This document shows positions 33,256 through 44,361 of a stretch of DNA of 64,000 nt, in pieces. This DNA is from an uncultured Trueperaceae bacterium. GTDB lineage: Bacteria; Deinococcota; Deinococci; Deinococcales; Trueperaceae. Location: NCBI GenBank assembly GCA_963815215.1, contig CAWFFU010000003.1, positions 704,001-768,000 on the forward strand, in the 5' to 3' direction. Numbering within the stretch: position 1 is the stretch's first letter; every line of letters starts with the position of its first letter. The notes below the pieces were generated by a model. It saw only the letters and a list, made by a program, of their open reading frames with translations. It was not told the origin of the DNA and searched no databases. A program made the translations under genes and the position numbers.

Positions 33256-34727
33256 GGTCGGTCCAGCCCGGCCCAGCGCTGGAACAGGACCACCACCGGC
33301 GCCGAGCGTGCGGTGACGAGATCGATGTGCGTCACGCCGGGGACGACGTAGCGGGTCAGCGAGGAGCCCAGGCGGGCGTTGGCGTACGCGTCGAATCCAT
33401 CGAGATCGCGGATCATGCCGCGCCCAGAACCGATCGCCAGCGTGGGGACACGCACCGACGCCGTCGGCACGAAACCGGGGACCCCCACCAGGTCGACGCG
33501 CAACACCGACAGGTCGATCAACAGCCGCGCCGGGAAGTACCACTCGGCCCGGTCGGTGAGGGGGCCGTCCACGGTGCGCAGGTAGGCCCGGAGGTCGGTC
33601 GCTTCCGGCGGATCGCCCGCCGTCCAGCCGACCCGGTCGACCCCTGGAGCAACGCCCGTGACGGTGCGACTGCGCGCCCCGAACGCGCCCTCCAGCAGGA
33701 ACGGGAGCGAGTAACCGGAGGTGAGGGCGCCGGTCGCCTCGCCCAGAGAGGGCGCGAAGGTCGGCAACTCGACGTAGGTGTCGTCGGCCTCGATCCCGGC
33801 CAGCGCCAGCGTGCCGACCCTGAAGTCCGCCAGCTCGGGCGGGGCCAACGCATCGGGTCGCTCGAGGGCATAGGCCGCCACCACGGCGGCGCGCACGATG
33901 CGTTGGGGCACGATCCCGGGCCCGAGGTAGGGCGAAGCGCGGCCCGATTCGAGCGCAGCGATCGACGGCACCACCGTGAAGCCCACGATGGCGCGTCCGT
34001 CGACGGCATCGGGCAGGTCGAAGGTCCCGGTCCTGCCGGGACCGCCGTCCAACAGCACCAGCCCTGCGATGGTGTCGGCCCCAGGCCGGCCGTCGCCGCG
34101 CTGGTACGAGGCGTAGAGCGCCGCCAGGCTGGCGCCCAGCGAATGGCCGCCGAGGTACACGATGCCGGCCTCACGGTGAGCGCGATCGATGACGCGAGCC
34201 AGGTCTTCGAGGTGCACGCGCAGGCCCCAGAAGGCCATGAAACGCAGCTCGTCGGGCTTGGGAGGAGCGAACGCCGGCGCCGTGCCGCCCTCACCGAGAT
34301 AGTAGCGGAGGGCCGTTTCCGGGTTCCCGCTCCGGGCGGCGGCCTCGAAGCCGCGATGGTCCTCCAGGGCGTTCGATCGTCGATCGACGAGCCACACCTG
34401 CAGGCCGGGCGTGGCCGCCACCAGCTGTCGACCCAGGATCTCCAGGCTGGCCGCCCCGCCGAACAGCCCGGGCACCAGCACGAGCACCGCGCGGGCCGGT
34501 TCCGAGGCCCGCAGTCGGAGCACGTAGCTGCGGTTGAGGCGCGCCGGCGTGTGCGGTTCGGCGGCGCCCGGAACCGACAGGTAGTCGCCGGCCACGGCAT
34601 CCGGCGCCATCCGGTATGCCGGCACGGGAACGTTCAGCGGAAGCGACGCCCTCGGGATGGGCAGGCACGCCGCCGGCACGAGCGCGAGCAACAGCAGGGC
34701 TGCGAGAGCGAGCGGGCGCCGGATCAT
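33252..34727 (-). CDS. Exported or lipoprotein alpha/beta hydrolase
   Basis: Basic-hydrophobic signal ending PAAC (lipobox-like), LVPGLFGG oxyanion region, GHSLG nucleophile, C-terminal THID. Confidence 0.75.
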   Translation of the reverse strand: MIRRPLALAALLLLALVPAACLPIPRASLPLNVPVPAYRMAPDAVAGDYLSVPGAAEPHTPARLNRSYVLRLRASEPARAVLVLVPGLFGGAASLEILGRQLVAATPGLQVWLVDRRSNALEDHRGFEAAARSGNPETALRYYLGEGGTAPAFAPPKPDELRFMAFWGLRVHLEDLARVIDRAHREAGIVYLGGHSLGASLAALYASYQRGDGRPGADTIAGLVLLDGGPGRTGTFDLPDAVDGRAIVGFTVVPSIAALESGRASPYLGPGIVPQRIVRAAVVAAYALERPDALAPPELADFRVGTLALAGIEADDTYVELPTFAPSLGEATGALTSGYSLPFLLEGAFGARSRTVTGVAPGVDRVGWTAGDPPEATDLRAYLRTVDGPLTDRAEWYFPARLLIDLSVLRVDLVGVPGFVPTASVRVPTLAIGSGRGMIRDLDGFDAYANARLGSSLTRYVVPGVTHIDLVTARSAPVVVLFQRWAGLDRP

Positions 34728-34770
34728 CACCTCACCGCGGCGCCACCTCCAGCGGCGCCACACTCCCAGC

Positions 34771-37266
34771 CTACGCCGACAGGCCTCCTCGAACGGTGAT
34801 CGTACGCCCGCTTCCGTCGTCCTGCCAGGCGATCTCCGCCGCTCGACGAGCGGCGTCCCAGCGGGCCTCGACCGCCGCGCCGTCCAACTCCACGCGGTCC
34901 GGCGGCGTGTCCAGGCGTAGCTCCACCACCAGCTTCCGAGGCGACGGATGGAACGTCCCTCCGCGTGCGCCGATCTCTACGATCAGCCCGCCGACCGTAC
35001 GCCGGGAGCGCAGCGCCGTGCGCGCCACCCCGCCGGTCTCCCAGGCCGTCGATCGTCCGTCGTCCTCGACCACCTCGAACGTGCTCTCGTCGACGGGCGA
35101 CGACACCACGATGCGCAGCTCCGACAACGGCGTCGCCGTACTGGAGCGTTCGTCCCCCATGGGGAGCAACGCGCCTTCGCGCAACAACAGCGGCGGCCGC
35201 CCCGGGATCGCCTCGACGACGGCCGGTCGCGACCTCCCGGCGTCCTCGTCGGCCAGCGGCCGCCCGCTCCAGAAGTCGAGCCATCGGCCCGGCGGAAGCA
35301 CCACGGTCCGCCAGCGACAGCGCGCCTCCAGCGCCGGCGCGACCAGCAACCAGGGCCCGAGCATGAAGGCGTCCTCGACGTCGAACGTCTGCTCCACATC
35401 GGGGAAGGCATAGCCCATCGCGCGCATCAACGGCGCGCCGCTCGCCGCAGCCTGGTGGGCCAGCGTCGCCAGGTAGGGAAGCAGTCGATAGCGCAGCCGC
35501 AGCGCCTCCCGCGCCACCGCCTCCACCGCCTCGCCGAACGCCCAGGGTTCCTGGTCGCGCGTGCCCATGGCGCTGTGATCGCGCATGAACGGATAGAACG
35601 CTCCCAGCTCCATCCAGCGGGAGAACAGCTCGGGGCGCGCGTTCTCGAAGAACCCCCCGATATCGACCCCGGCGTGCGGCATCCCCGACAACCCCATCGA
35701 CAGGAGCTGTGGAACGCTCATCGCCAGGTGCTCCCACCAGCTGTTGTTGTCGCCCATCCAGGTGACGCAGGTGGTCTGGCTGCCGGGGAAGGCCGACCGC
35801 GTCAACACCCACGGCCGGACCCCGGGCGCATGCCGCGCCAGGCCCTCGAAGGTGGCGCGCCCCTCGAGGGTCGCGTAGAGGTTGCGCACCTCCAGGTGCG
35901 TAGCGGCCTCGTCGGTCCCGCCGTGGCGCGTGTCGAGCGGGAAGGGTCGGTCACGGGCCTCCCCGGTGGAGAACGGCCGGTCGAACGCCGTCGGTTCGTT
36001 CATGTCGTTCCAGACCCCATCGACGCCGTTCTCGACCAGGCTGGTGCGGTGCTGGTCCCCCCACCAGTCGCGCACCTCGGCCCGCGTGAAGTCCGGGAAC
36101 AGCGCGCGCTCCGGCCAGACGTAGCCCCGCAACGGCGAGCCGTCGCTGTTGCGCAGCGCGTAGCCACGCGCCAGGAGCTCGTCCGCGACTCCGTAGCCGG
36201 CGCCCGGTTCGTCCTTGATGCCCGGGTCGATGATGGCGACCAGGCGCGCGCCGCGCTCGTGCACCCGCTCGGCGAACGCCTTCGGATCGGGGAAGCGCTC
36301 CGGATCCCAGGTGAACGAGCGGAAGCCACGCATGTAGTCGATGTCGAGGTGCACAGCGTCGAGCGGTAGATCGCGCGCCCGGAAGGTGTCGACCAGCGCG
36401 ACCACCTCGTCGGCACTGGCGTATCCCCAGCGAGATTGATGGAAGCCGAGCGCCCAGACCGGTGGCAGCAGCGGCCTGCCGGTCAGGCGCGTGAGCTGCT
36501 CCACGACGGCGGCGGGCGTGGGGCCGGCGAACAGGAACAGGTCCAGCTCGGCGCCGAGCGCGTCGATCGTCAGGCGGTCGGGATGGCCGGCGCCGGCGTC
36601 GAAGCGGCTGAAGTGGCTGACGTGAAGGAACGCTCCGAAGGCGCGGCCGGGCTTCGCGGCCAGGAACAGCGGCTGCGCCTGGTACAGGTTGTCGGTGCCG
36701 CGATGGTGGGCGATCCCGAAGGTGTCGGAGGTCCAGTTCGTGAGGCTGCGGCCGCGCCGGTCGAGCCCTCCGGTACGCTGCCCGAACCCCCACAGACGGT
36801 CCTCCGGATCGAGCTGGAAGGACTGACGCAGCACGACGCCGTCGCGGCCGGCCGGCAAGGCGTCGCCGTCGCGATGCGGCACGCGCAGCCGATCGAGGCG
36901 TGCGCGCCCCCAGCGAGCGAGCTCCGTCGACGCCAGCCAGGTCGCGCCGTCCGCGCCGCGCACCGCCAGGGCCGCGCCGTCGCCTTCCAGCGCCACGCGC
37001 ATCCCGTCGAGCTCGAGGATTGCGCCGCCGTCGGTCTCGACGGCGACAGCGTCGGCGGGCGGCAACCCGGACCGCACGCCTTCCCAGGTCCTGGCCGGCG
37101 CGAACGCCGCCTCCGCCAGCCGGACCCGCGCGATGCCGTCGCTCACCGCCTCGACGCGGAGTCGCGCGCGCTCGTAGCGGGCCTCGATCGCGCCTGCCTC
37201 GGCACGGATGCGAAGCATGGACCCCGGGGAGCGGGGAGCGGTCTCGAAGATGTCGGCGTCGTCCAT
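34771..37266 (-). CDS. Glycoside hydrolase family 31 (alpha-glucosidase-like)
   Basis: LTGRPLLPPVWALGFHQSRWGY, LDIDYM, WNDMNEP nucleophile, WMGDN acid/base, GVDIGGF, FMRDH. SD GGAGGAGG. Confidence 0.94.
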   Translation of the reverse strand: MDDADIFETAPRSPGSMLRIRAEAGAIEARYERARLRVEAVSDGIARVRLAEAAFAPARTWEGVRSGLPPADAVAVETDGGAILELDGMRVALEGDGAALAVRGADGATWLASTELARWGRARLDRLRVPHRDGDALPAGRDGVVLRQSFQLDPEDRLWGFGQRTGGLDRRGRSLTNWTSDTFGIAHHRGTDNLYQAQPLFLAAKPGRAFGAFLHVSHFSRFDAGAGHPDRLTIDALGAELDLFLFAGPTPAAVVEQLTRLTGRPLLPPVWALGFHQSRWGYASADEVVALVDTFRARDLPLDAVHLDIDYMRGFRSFTWDPERFPDPKAFAERVHERGARLVAIIDPGIKDEPGAGYGVADELLARGYALRNSDGSPLRGYVWPERALFPDFTRAEVRDWWGDQHRTSLVENGVDGVWNDMNEPTAFDRPFSTGEARDRPFPLDTRHGGTDEAATHLEVRNLYATLEGRATFEGLARHAPGVRPWVLTRSAFPGSQTTCVTWMGDNNSWWEHLAMSVPQLLSMGLSGMPHAGVDIGGFFENARPELFSRWMELGAFYPFMRDHSAMGTRDQEPWAFGEAVEAVAREALRLRYRLLPYLATLAHQAAASGAPLMRAMGYAFPDVEQTFDVEDAFMLGPWLLVAPALEARCRWRTVVLPPGRWLDFWSGRPLADEDAGRSRPAVVEAIPGRPPLLLREGALLPMGDERSSTATPLSELRIVVSSPVDESTFEVVEDDGRSTAWETGGVARTALRSRRTVGGLIVEIGARGGTFHPSPRKLVVELRLDTPPDRVELDGAAVEARWDAARRAAEIAWQDDGSGRTITVRGGLSA

Positions 37267-37411
37267 ACGACCTCCTCCCCCGAGCTTACGCAAGGCGGCC
37301 TCTGGGGGTCGCCGGAAGGCTCCGTGTAAGCATTTCCTTAGTCCCCGCTCCCCCTCCGGGAGTACACTCCGGGCACGGTCGGAGGGGGTCGACCCGACCC
37401 GAAGGGATGAC

Positions 37412-38506
37412 GTGTTCAGACGCCTCTTCTCCTCCTCGGAAGGTGATGCGGGCCCGGACCTGCTCGGCGCGATCGAGCGGCTGCTGAGCATGCCGCGCGC
37501 AGACGAACGCAGCGCCGAGTCGCTTCGCGGCCTGGCGCGTACGCTCCCGGGCGACGTGCGCGGCTACGTCGTGCGCGGCAACGAGCGCGGCGCGTACGCC
37601 TTCGAGGCCGTGCACGGCTACAGCCCCTCGATGTTGACGCTCACGCCGGATCATGGCCCGTGGCGGGAGCCCGGCCCGCGGCTCGTTGGGAACCTGGTGT
37701 CGGAACTGTTCACGCCGAACTCGGCCGAGATCCGCTCGGCGTACGGCGAGCTCGGCCTACGCAACGCCACCAGCAGCCTGGTGGTGCCGGTGGCGGGTCG
37801 CTTCGTACGGCACGGCTCGCTGGTGTTGCACCGTCACTCCGGAGCTGCGTTCGATGACGACGAGTTGCGGCTCGCGGCTCGCTGGGGCTCGATCCTGGGC
37901 GAGGCGCAGAGTCAGGCCTTCGAGCTGCGCCGCACCAAGCTCAGCCTGGTGGAGTTCACGCGGGCCTTCGTACAGGCCATGGAGGCACAGGACTTCGCAC
38001 AGCTCGGGCACGCCGAGCGGGTCACCGCCTATGCCCTGGCGCTCGGGCGCACCCTGGAGCTTCCCAACCACGAGCTGGCAGATCTGTACTTCGCCGCCAT
38101 GCTGCACGACATCGGCAAGCTGGGTGCGGGTCTGGACCTGTCGATCGAGGACATGGAGCATCCGCAGCGCGGCGCCAACCTGGTGGCCTCGGCGGCCCTG
38201 CTCCGCCCGGCCTCGGAGGGCATCCGCGCCCACCACGAGAACTGGGATGGTTCCGGCTTCCCGGGCGGGCTGCGCAAGGAGCAGATCCCCATGCTGGCGC
38301 GCATCGTGGCCGTCGCCGACGTCTTCGACATGCTCTCCAGCGAACGGGGCCAGGCGATGCCGATGCGCGAGGTCGAGAAGGCGTTGGAGGCGCGCAGCGG
38401 CCGTGAGCTCGAGCCGTCGCTGGTGCAGCTGCTCATCAACATCCTCAGGCAAGGTAAGTCGACCGCTGATCTGTCCAAGCTGGAGCTGAGCGACCTGCCG
38501 TTCTAG
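37412..38506 (+). CDS. GAF + HD-GYP domain protein (putative cyclic-dinucleotide phosphodiesterase)
   Basis: HAERV, LHDIGK, HHENWDGSGFP, IVAVADVFD; N-terminal GAF-like SSLVVPV. Start GTG 37412. Confidence 0.85.
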   Translation: MFRRLFSSSEGDAGPDLLGAIERLLSMPRADERSAESLRGLARTLPGDVRGYVVRGNERGAYAFEAVHGYSPSMLTLTPDHGPWREPGPRLVGNLVSELFTPNSAEIRSAYGELGLRNATSSLVVPVAGRFVRHGSLVLHRHSGAAFDDDELRLAARWGSILGEAQSQAFELRRTKLSLVEFTRAFVQAMEAQDFAQLGHAERVTAYALALGRTLELPNHELADLYFAAMLHDIGKLGAGLDLSIEDMEHPQRGANLVASAALLRPASEGIRAHHENWDGSGFPGGLRKEQIPMLARIVAVADVFDMLSSERGQAMPMREVEKALEARSGRELEPSLVQLLINILRQGKSTADLSKLELSDLPF

Positions 38507-39582
38507 CCTCCCTCCCCAGCGAAGCGGTACTCCACCACCTGACGGTACGTCTCGCCGGGCCGTAACCACACCGACGGGAAGCGCGGCGTGTTGACGGCGT
38601 TGGGGTACGCCTGGGCCTCCAGCGCTACGCCCGCGTGACGGGCGTAGCGGACGCCCCCCTTCCCCACCAGGCTGCCGTCGAGGCCGTTGCCGGTGTAGAG
38701 CTGCAGGCCGGGCTGCGTGGTCCAGACCTCGAGCGTTCGGCCGGTAGCGGGATCGCTCAGCCGCGCCGCCGGGCGCAGCGTTCCGGGCGTGCCGGACAGC
38801 ACCACGTTCACGTCGTAGCCACCGGCCACCGCCGGACCGCCGAGATCGCGGCCGAGCGCCTTGGGGCGCCGGAAGTCGAACGCGGTGCCGGCCACGTCCA
38901 GCACCTCTCCGGTTGGGACGAGGTCGGGTCCGGTCGGCGTGAAGCGCTCCGCGAACAGCGTGAGCCGGTGCTCCAGCACGTCGCCCGACGCGTGGCCGGC
39001 CAGGTTGAAGTAGGGGTGGTGCGTGAGGCTCACCGGGGTGAGGGCGTCGCTCACGGCAGTCAGCTCCAGGCGAAGAGCGCGGCCCGGACCGAGGCGGTAC
39101 GCAGCGCGCGCCGCCACAACCCCGGGGAAGCCTCCCTCCCCGTCCTCCGATCGGTACTCGAACGCCACCCCCGGCGCGTCCGCGTCGTCCAGTGCCTGCG
39201 CGGCCCACACACGGGTGTGGAAGCCCGTCGGCCCACTGTGCAACAGGTTCTCGCCGTCGTTGGCGTCGAGCGCCACCCTGCGCCCATCGAGCTCGAAGGC
39301 GGCACCGCCGATGCGGTTGGCCACCCTTCCGATGAGCGCGCCCAGGTAGGGCTGCTCCTGGGCGTAGGCCTCGCCCACGGGCCCGTTCAACCGGTCGAAG
39401 CCGAGGACAACGTCGACCGCCGGCCCCGGAATCGCGGGAAGCTCGAGCCCCACCAGCGTGCCGCCGTAGTCGCTCAGGCGAGCGACCATGCCTGCACGAT
39501 TGTGCAGTGTGAACAGCGACGCCTCCCGATCGTGCACCCGTCCCCAGGCCCGTTGCCGGCACCCCAACGGTTCCTCGCCCAC
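38503..39582 (-). CDS. galM: Aldose 1-epimerase (galactose mutarotase)
   Basis: DVVLGFD, GRVANRI, LHSG, THHPYFNL, YDVN, TTQPGLQLYTGN, ALEAQ. GTG 39582 follows SD AAGGAGG. Confidence 0.93.
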   Translation of the reverse strand: MGEEPLGCRQRAWGRVHDREASLFTLHNRAGMVARLSDYGGTLVGLELPAIPGPAVDVVLGFDRLNGPVGEAYAQEQPYLGALIGRVANRIGGAAFELDGRRVALDANDGENLLHSGPTGFHTRVWAAQALDDADAPGVAFEYRSEDGEGGFPGVVAARAAYRLGPGRALRLELTAVSDALTPVSLTHHPYFNLAGHASGDVLEHRLTLFAERFTPTGPDLVPTGEVLDVAGTAFDFRRPKALGRDLGGPAVAGGYDVNVVLSGTPGTLRPAARLSDPATGRTLEVWTTQPGLQLYTGNGLDGSLVGKGGVRYARHAGVALEAQAYPNAVNTPRFPSVWLRPGETYRQVVEYRFAGEGG

Positions 39583-39705
39583 CGGCGTCCCTCCTTCCGG
39601 GGCCTCCGCGCGCGCGGCCCCACAGCAGGATACCCACGAGCACGGTGCGGGACCGTCACAGACGGGTCCGATGGGGCTCGGGCGGGGCCCGTGGTAGGTT
39701 GTGAC

Positions 39706-40413
39706 ATGGCCGTCGAGGTGTGCAGCTACCGCTTGACCCTCAAGGGCAAACCGGTCGGTAGCCACGAACTCAAGACCCTCCACCGCGGCCGCTCCACGCT
39801 GCTCGAGGGACGGGCCCAGTTCCAGGGCCCGCTGGGGAGCGGAAGCGTCGTCCAGCGCAGCCGCTGCGCTGCCAGCGAGCGCGTCAGTCAGCGTTTCCGG
39901 GAGGACTGGAACGAACGCTCCGGACAGCGCAGCTTCGACGTGGTGTTCGACCCCGACGAGGGCTTGGTGAGGGCCTCCAAGGGGCGCGATCAGGCCACCG
40001 CTCCGTACCTTCTGCCCTACCGCGACCCGCTCTCGCTACTGCTCGAGCTGCGCGAGCTCGGCAACGTCGAGCACCGGGTGGTGCCCATGCTGGGCAAGGA
40101 CGTCACCGTGCAACGGGTCGGCGAGGTCGAGCTCGATACCGTGCTGGGAACCCGCGATGCCGTCGCCTACCTGCTCCACCCGGGCGGCAACGTGGTCTAC
40201 GTCGACCGCGCTCCCCCGCACCTGCTGCTCAAGTTCTCCCAGCGCCTCAACGACGGCTTCGTGGACGCGCTGCTGGTCAAGGTCGACGAGGAGGATGCGT
40301 TGCAGGATTTCGACGCACCCTCCGGAGGCGACTCCGGCCGCCGCGGCAGTGGCAAGCGTCGGCGGCGGTCGCGCAAGCGGCGGCCGCGGCGCGGCAAGGG
40401 CCGTGACGGTTAG
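39706..40413 (+). CDS. Hypothetical protein (beta-rich, DUF3108-like) with very basic C-terminal tail
   Basis: TAGGTT lies 5 nt before ATG 39706; YRDPLSLLLELR; ends RRGSGKRRRRSRKRRPRRGKGRDG; overlaps the folC start. Confidence 0.7.
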   Translation: MAVEVCSYRLTLKGKPVGSHELKTLHRGRSTLLEGRAQFQGPLGSGSVVQRSRCAASERVSQRFREDWNERSGQRSFDVVFDPDEGLVRASKGRDQATAPYLLPYRDPLSLLLELRELGNVEHRVVPMLGKDVTVQRVGEVELDTVLGTRDAVAYLLHPGGNVVYVDRAPPHLLLKFSQRLNDGFVDALLVKVDEEDALQDFDAPSGGDSGRRGSGKRRRRSRKRRPRRGKGRDG

Positions 40414-41674
40414 CGCCGCCCCCGACCACGCGCCCGAGCTCCCCTCCTACCGCGACGCGCTGAGCTGGCTGTACGGCCGCGTGCGTGGAGCGGCGCCACG
40501 CGACCCCGCACGCATGGCTGCGCTGCTCGAGGCCCTGGCGCTGCCGTCGCCCGACCACGTGGTCCACGTGGTCGGCACCAACGGGAAGGGGACCGTGACC
40601 GCCATGGTGGACGCCGGGTTACGCGCCTGGGGCGAGCCCTGCGGTCGCTTCGTGTCGCCACACGTGGAGGACTTCCGCGAGCGCGTGAGCGTGGACGGGA
40701 AGCTGGTGTCGCGGGAGACGGTTCGACGCTTCGTAGCGCGGGCGCGGCGACTCGAGATGGTGCCGGCGCCCGCCTTCTTCGAGTGGACGCTGGCGCTGGC
40801 GCTCACCGCCTTCGCACACGCCCGGCTGAACTGGGCGGTGGTCGAAGCCGGCGTCGGCGGGGCCCGCGACGCTACGCGTGCGCTGACGGGCGTGCGTCTG
40901 GTGGTCCTGACCAACGTCACGCCCGATCATCTGGAGACGCTCGGCCCCGATCTCGCCAGCATCGCTCGCGACAAGGCGGGGGCCCTGCGACCCGGGATCC
41001 CAACGGTGACCGGAGCGCGCGGCGACGCCCTGGAGGTAGTTCGCGCCGAGGCACGCCGACGTGGGGCGCCGCTGTTCATCGAATCGTCGGGGCAGCCACT
41101 GTTCGACCTCCCGGCGCTGAGCCGTGACCTCGGTACGACCCGCACCGCCAACGCCCGCCTCGCAGCCGCCGCTCTGCGACTGCTCGGCGCGCCCGAACAG
41201 GCGGTGGCCACGGGCATCGCCGCGCCACCCCTGCCGGGCCGGGGCGAGCGATTCCAGATCCGGGGCTGCGAAGTGCTGCTCGATGGCGCGCACGATCCGG
41301 CCGCCGCCGAAGCCCTCGCCGCCGGCTTGGAGCCCGGCTTCGTGCTGCTGTTCGGCGCACTCGCCCGCAAGCAGGCGGCCGCCACGCTGGCCGCGCTGGA
41401 ACGCGGCGCCGCGGCGGTCGTGCTCACCGAGGCGGCGCTCGGCGAGCAGCCGCCGTCCGTACGATCCGGCGACCGGTTCGTGGCCGACCCCGCTCGTGCG
41501 CTCGATCTCGCGCTCGCGCTGGCGGCTCGGGACGCCTCGCGACGGCCCGACGGGCCGCCACCGCGCGTGGTCGTGGCGGGCTCGCTGTACCTGGCGGGAC
41601 GCTTGCGGCCGCTCCTCCGGCGCCGTGCGCGCCGGCACACATCCCCGACGGCAGCCACGGGAACGCGACCGTGA
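40403..41674 (+). CDS. folC: Folylpolyglutamate synthase/dihydrofolate synthase
   Basis: HVVGTNGKGT, SPHVEDFRER, VEAGVGG..DAT, DH..TLG, LDGAH, VAGSLYL. Start approximate. Confidence 0.9.
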   Translation: MTVSAAPDHAPELPSYRDALSWLYGRVRGAAPRDPARMAALLEALALPSPDHVVHVVGTNGKGTVTAMVDAGLRAWGEPCGRFVSPHVEDFRERVSVDGKLVSRETVRRFVARARRLEMVPAPAFFEWTLALALTAFAHARLNWAVVEAGVGGARDATRALTGVRLVVLTNVTPDHLETLGPDLASIARDKAGALRPGIPTVTGARGDALEVVRAEARRRGAPLFIESSGQPLFDLPALSRDLGTTRTANARLAAAALRLLGAPEQAVATGIAAPPLPGRGERFQIRGCEVLLDGAHDPAAAEALAAGLEPGFVLLFGALARKQAAATLAALERGAAAVVLTEAALGEQPPSVRSGDRFVADPARALDLALALAARDASRRPDGPPPRVVVAGSLYLAGRLRPLLRRRARRHTSPTAATGTRP

Positions 41675-43065
41675 GCGGTCGGGTGGGGTTCGTCAGCCTC
41701 GGTTGCGCCAAGGCCCTCGTCGATAGCGAGCGGATCCTCACGCAGCTTCGGGCCGAGGGATACGAGCTCGTGGCCGGCTACGACGAAGCAGACCTGGTGG
41801 TCGTCAACACCTGCGGCTTCATCACGCCGGCGGTCGAGGAGTCGTTGCAGGCGATCGGGGAGGCCCTGGACGCCAACGGCCGGGTCGTCGTCACCGGCTG
41901 TCTGGGGGAGCGGCCGGAGACCATCGTGGCGCGCCACCCCGAGGTCCTGGCGGTGACCGGGCAGGCCGACGTCGACGGCGTGATGCGCGCCGTCCGCACG
42001 GCGCTCCCTCCCGACACCGACCCCTTCACGAGCCTGCTCCCCGGCGCCGCGACGCGCCAGCGAACGCCGCTCGGACCGAAGGTCTCGCTGACCCCGCGCC
42101 ACTACAGCTACCTGAAGATCGCCGAGGGGTGCGATCACCGGTGCAGCTTCTGCATCATCCCGCAACTCCGCGGCCTCCAGCGCTCCCGCGACGCCGCCGA
42201 TGTCCTTCACGAGGCCACGCGCCTGGTGGCCGCCGGGACCCGCGAGCTGCTGGTCATCGCCCAGGACAGCGGGGCCTACGGCAGCGATCTGCGCCACCGC
42301 GCCAGCGACTACGCGGGCCGCCCGGTGGAGGCCCGACTCCCGGAGCTGGCGCGCGAGCTTGGCGGCCTCGGAGCCTGGGTGCGGCTTCACTACGTCTATC
42401 CGCACCCACACGTAGCCGAGCTGCTGCCCCTGATGGCCGAGGGGCTGCTGTTGCCCTACCTCGACGTCCCGCTGCAGCACGCCAGCCCCAGGGTGCTGCG
42501 GGCGATGCGGCGCCCGGGCGGGCCGGAGAGCCACCTCCGGACGCTGGAGGCATGGCGGGCCGCCTGCCCCGAGCTGGTTCTGCGCTCGACCTTCATCGTG
42601 GGCTTCCCCGGCGAGACCGAGGAGGACTTCGAGCTGCTTCTGGGCTTCCTGCGGCAGGCGCAGATCGACCACGTCGGCGCCTTCCGCTACAGCACGGTCG
42701 ACGGGGCGGCCGCCAACGATCTCCCGGCGGCCGTCCCCGAAGAGGTCAAGGAGGAGCGTTTCGTGAGGCTGATGGAGGTCCAGCACGGCGTGAGTCTGGA
42801 GCGGCAGCGCACCCGCGTGGGCCGCGTCCTGCCTGTCCTGGTGGACGGTTACGGCGACGAGCCCGGCACCGTCATCGGTCGGAGCACGGCGGACGCCCCC
42901 GACGTGGACGGAACCGTGCTCGTGCAGACCGACGGCACCGTCAAGATCGGGGATCTCGTCGAGACCGAGATCACCGCTGCGGACGCCTACGACCTTTGGG
43001 GTCGGGCGATCGGCACCCTACCGTTCGAACCGAACGTTCCCGTGATCGGGGAGCGGCGCGCCTGA
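41671..43065 (+). CDS. rimO: Ribosomal protein S12 methylthiotransferase
   Basis: VSLGCAKALVDSE, NTCGFI, KIAEGCDHRCSFCIIP (radical SAM), WVRLHYVYP, C-terminal TRAM (DAPDVDG). Confidence 0.96.
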   Translation: MSGRVGFVSLGCAKALVDSERILTQLRAEGYELVAGYDEADLVVVNTCGFITPAVEESLQAIGEALDANGRVVVTGCLGERPETIVARHPEVLAVTGQADVDGVMRAVRTALPPDTDPFTSLLPGAATRQRTPLGPKVSLTPRHYSYLKIAEGCDHRCSFCIIPQLRGLQRSRDAADVLHEATRLVAAGTRELLVIAQDSGAYGSDLRHRASDYAGRPVEARLPELARELGGLGAWVRLHYVYPHPHVAELLPLMAEGLLLPYLDVPLQHASPRVLRAMRRPGGPESHLRTLEAWRAACPELVLRSTFIVGFPGETEEDFELLLGFLRQAQIDHVGAFRYSTVDGAAANDLPAAVPEEVKEERFVRLMEVQHGVSLERQRTRVGRVLPVLVDGYGDEPGTVIGRSTADAPDVDGTVLVQTDGTVKIGDLVETEITAADAYDLWGRAIGTLPFEPNVPVIGERRA

Positions 43066-43102
43066 GCGCGTACCCGAGCGCGCCCGGAGCGCCACACGAA
43101 GC

Positions 43103-44281
<1,179 letters not shown>

Positions 44282-44361
44282 GCCGCGACCTCGCTGCCAA
44301 GGGGGCTCGCCATGCCGACAGCATAGGCGCGACGCATCCGTAGCGGCTGTGACATTCCCCG

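Noticed and set aside
37267..37411. c-di-GMP riboswitch upstream of the HD-GYP gene
   Set aside because: There is a CCCCTCCG/CGGAGGGG dyad, but it straddles the likely -10 (TACACT) and lacks the class I/II signature motifs.
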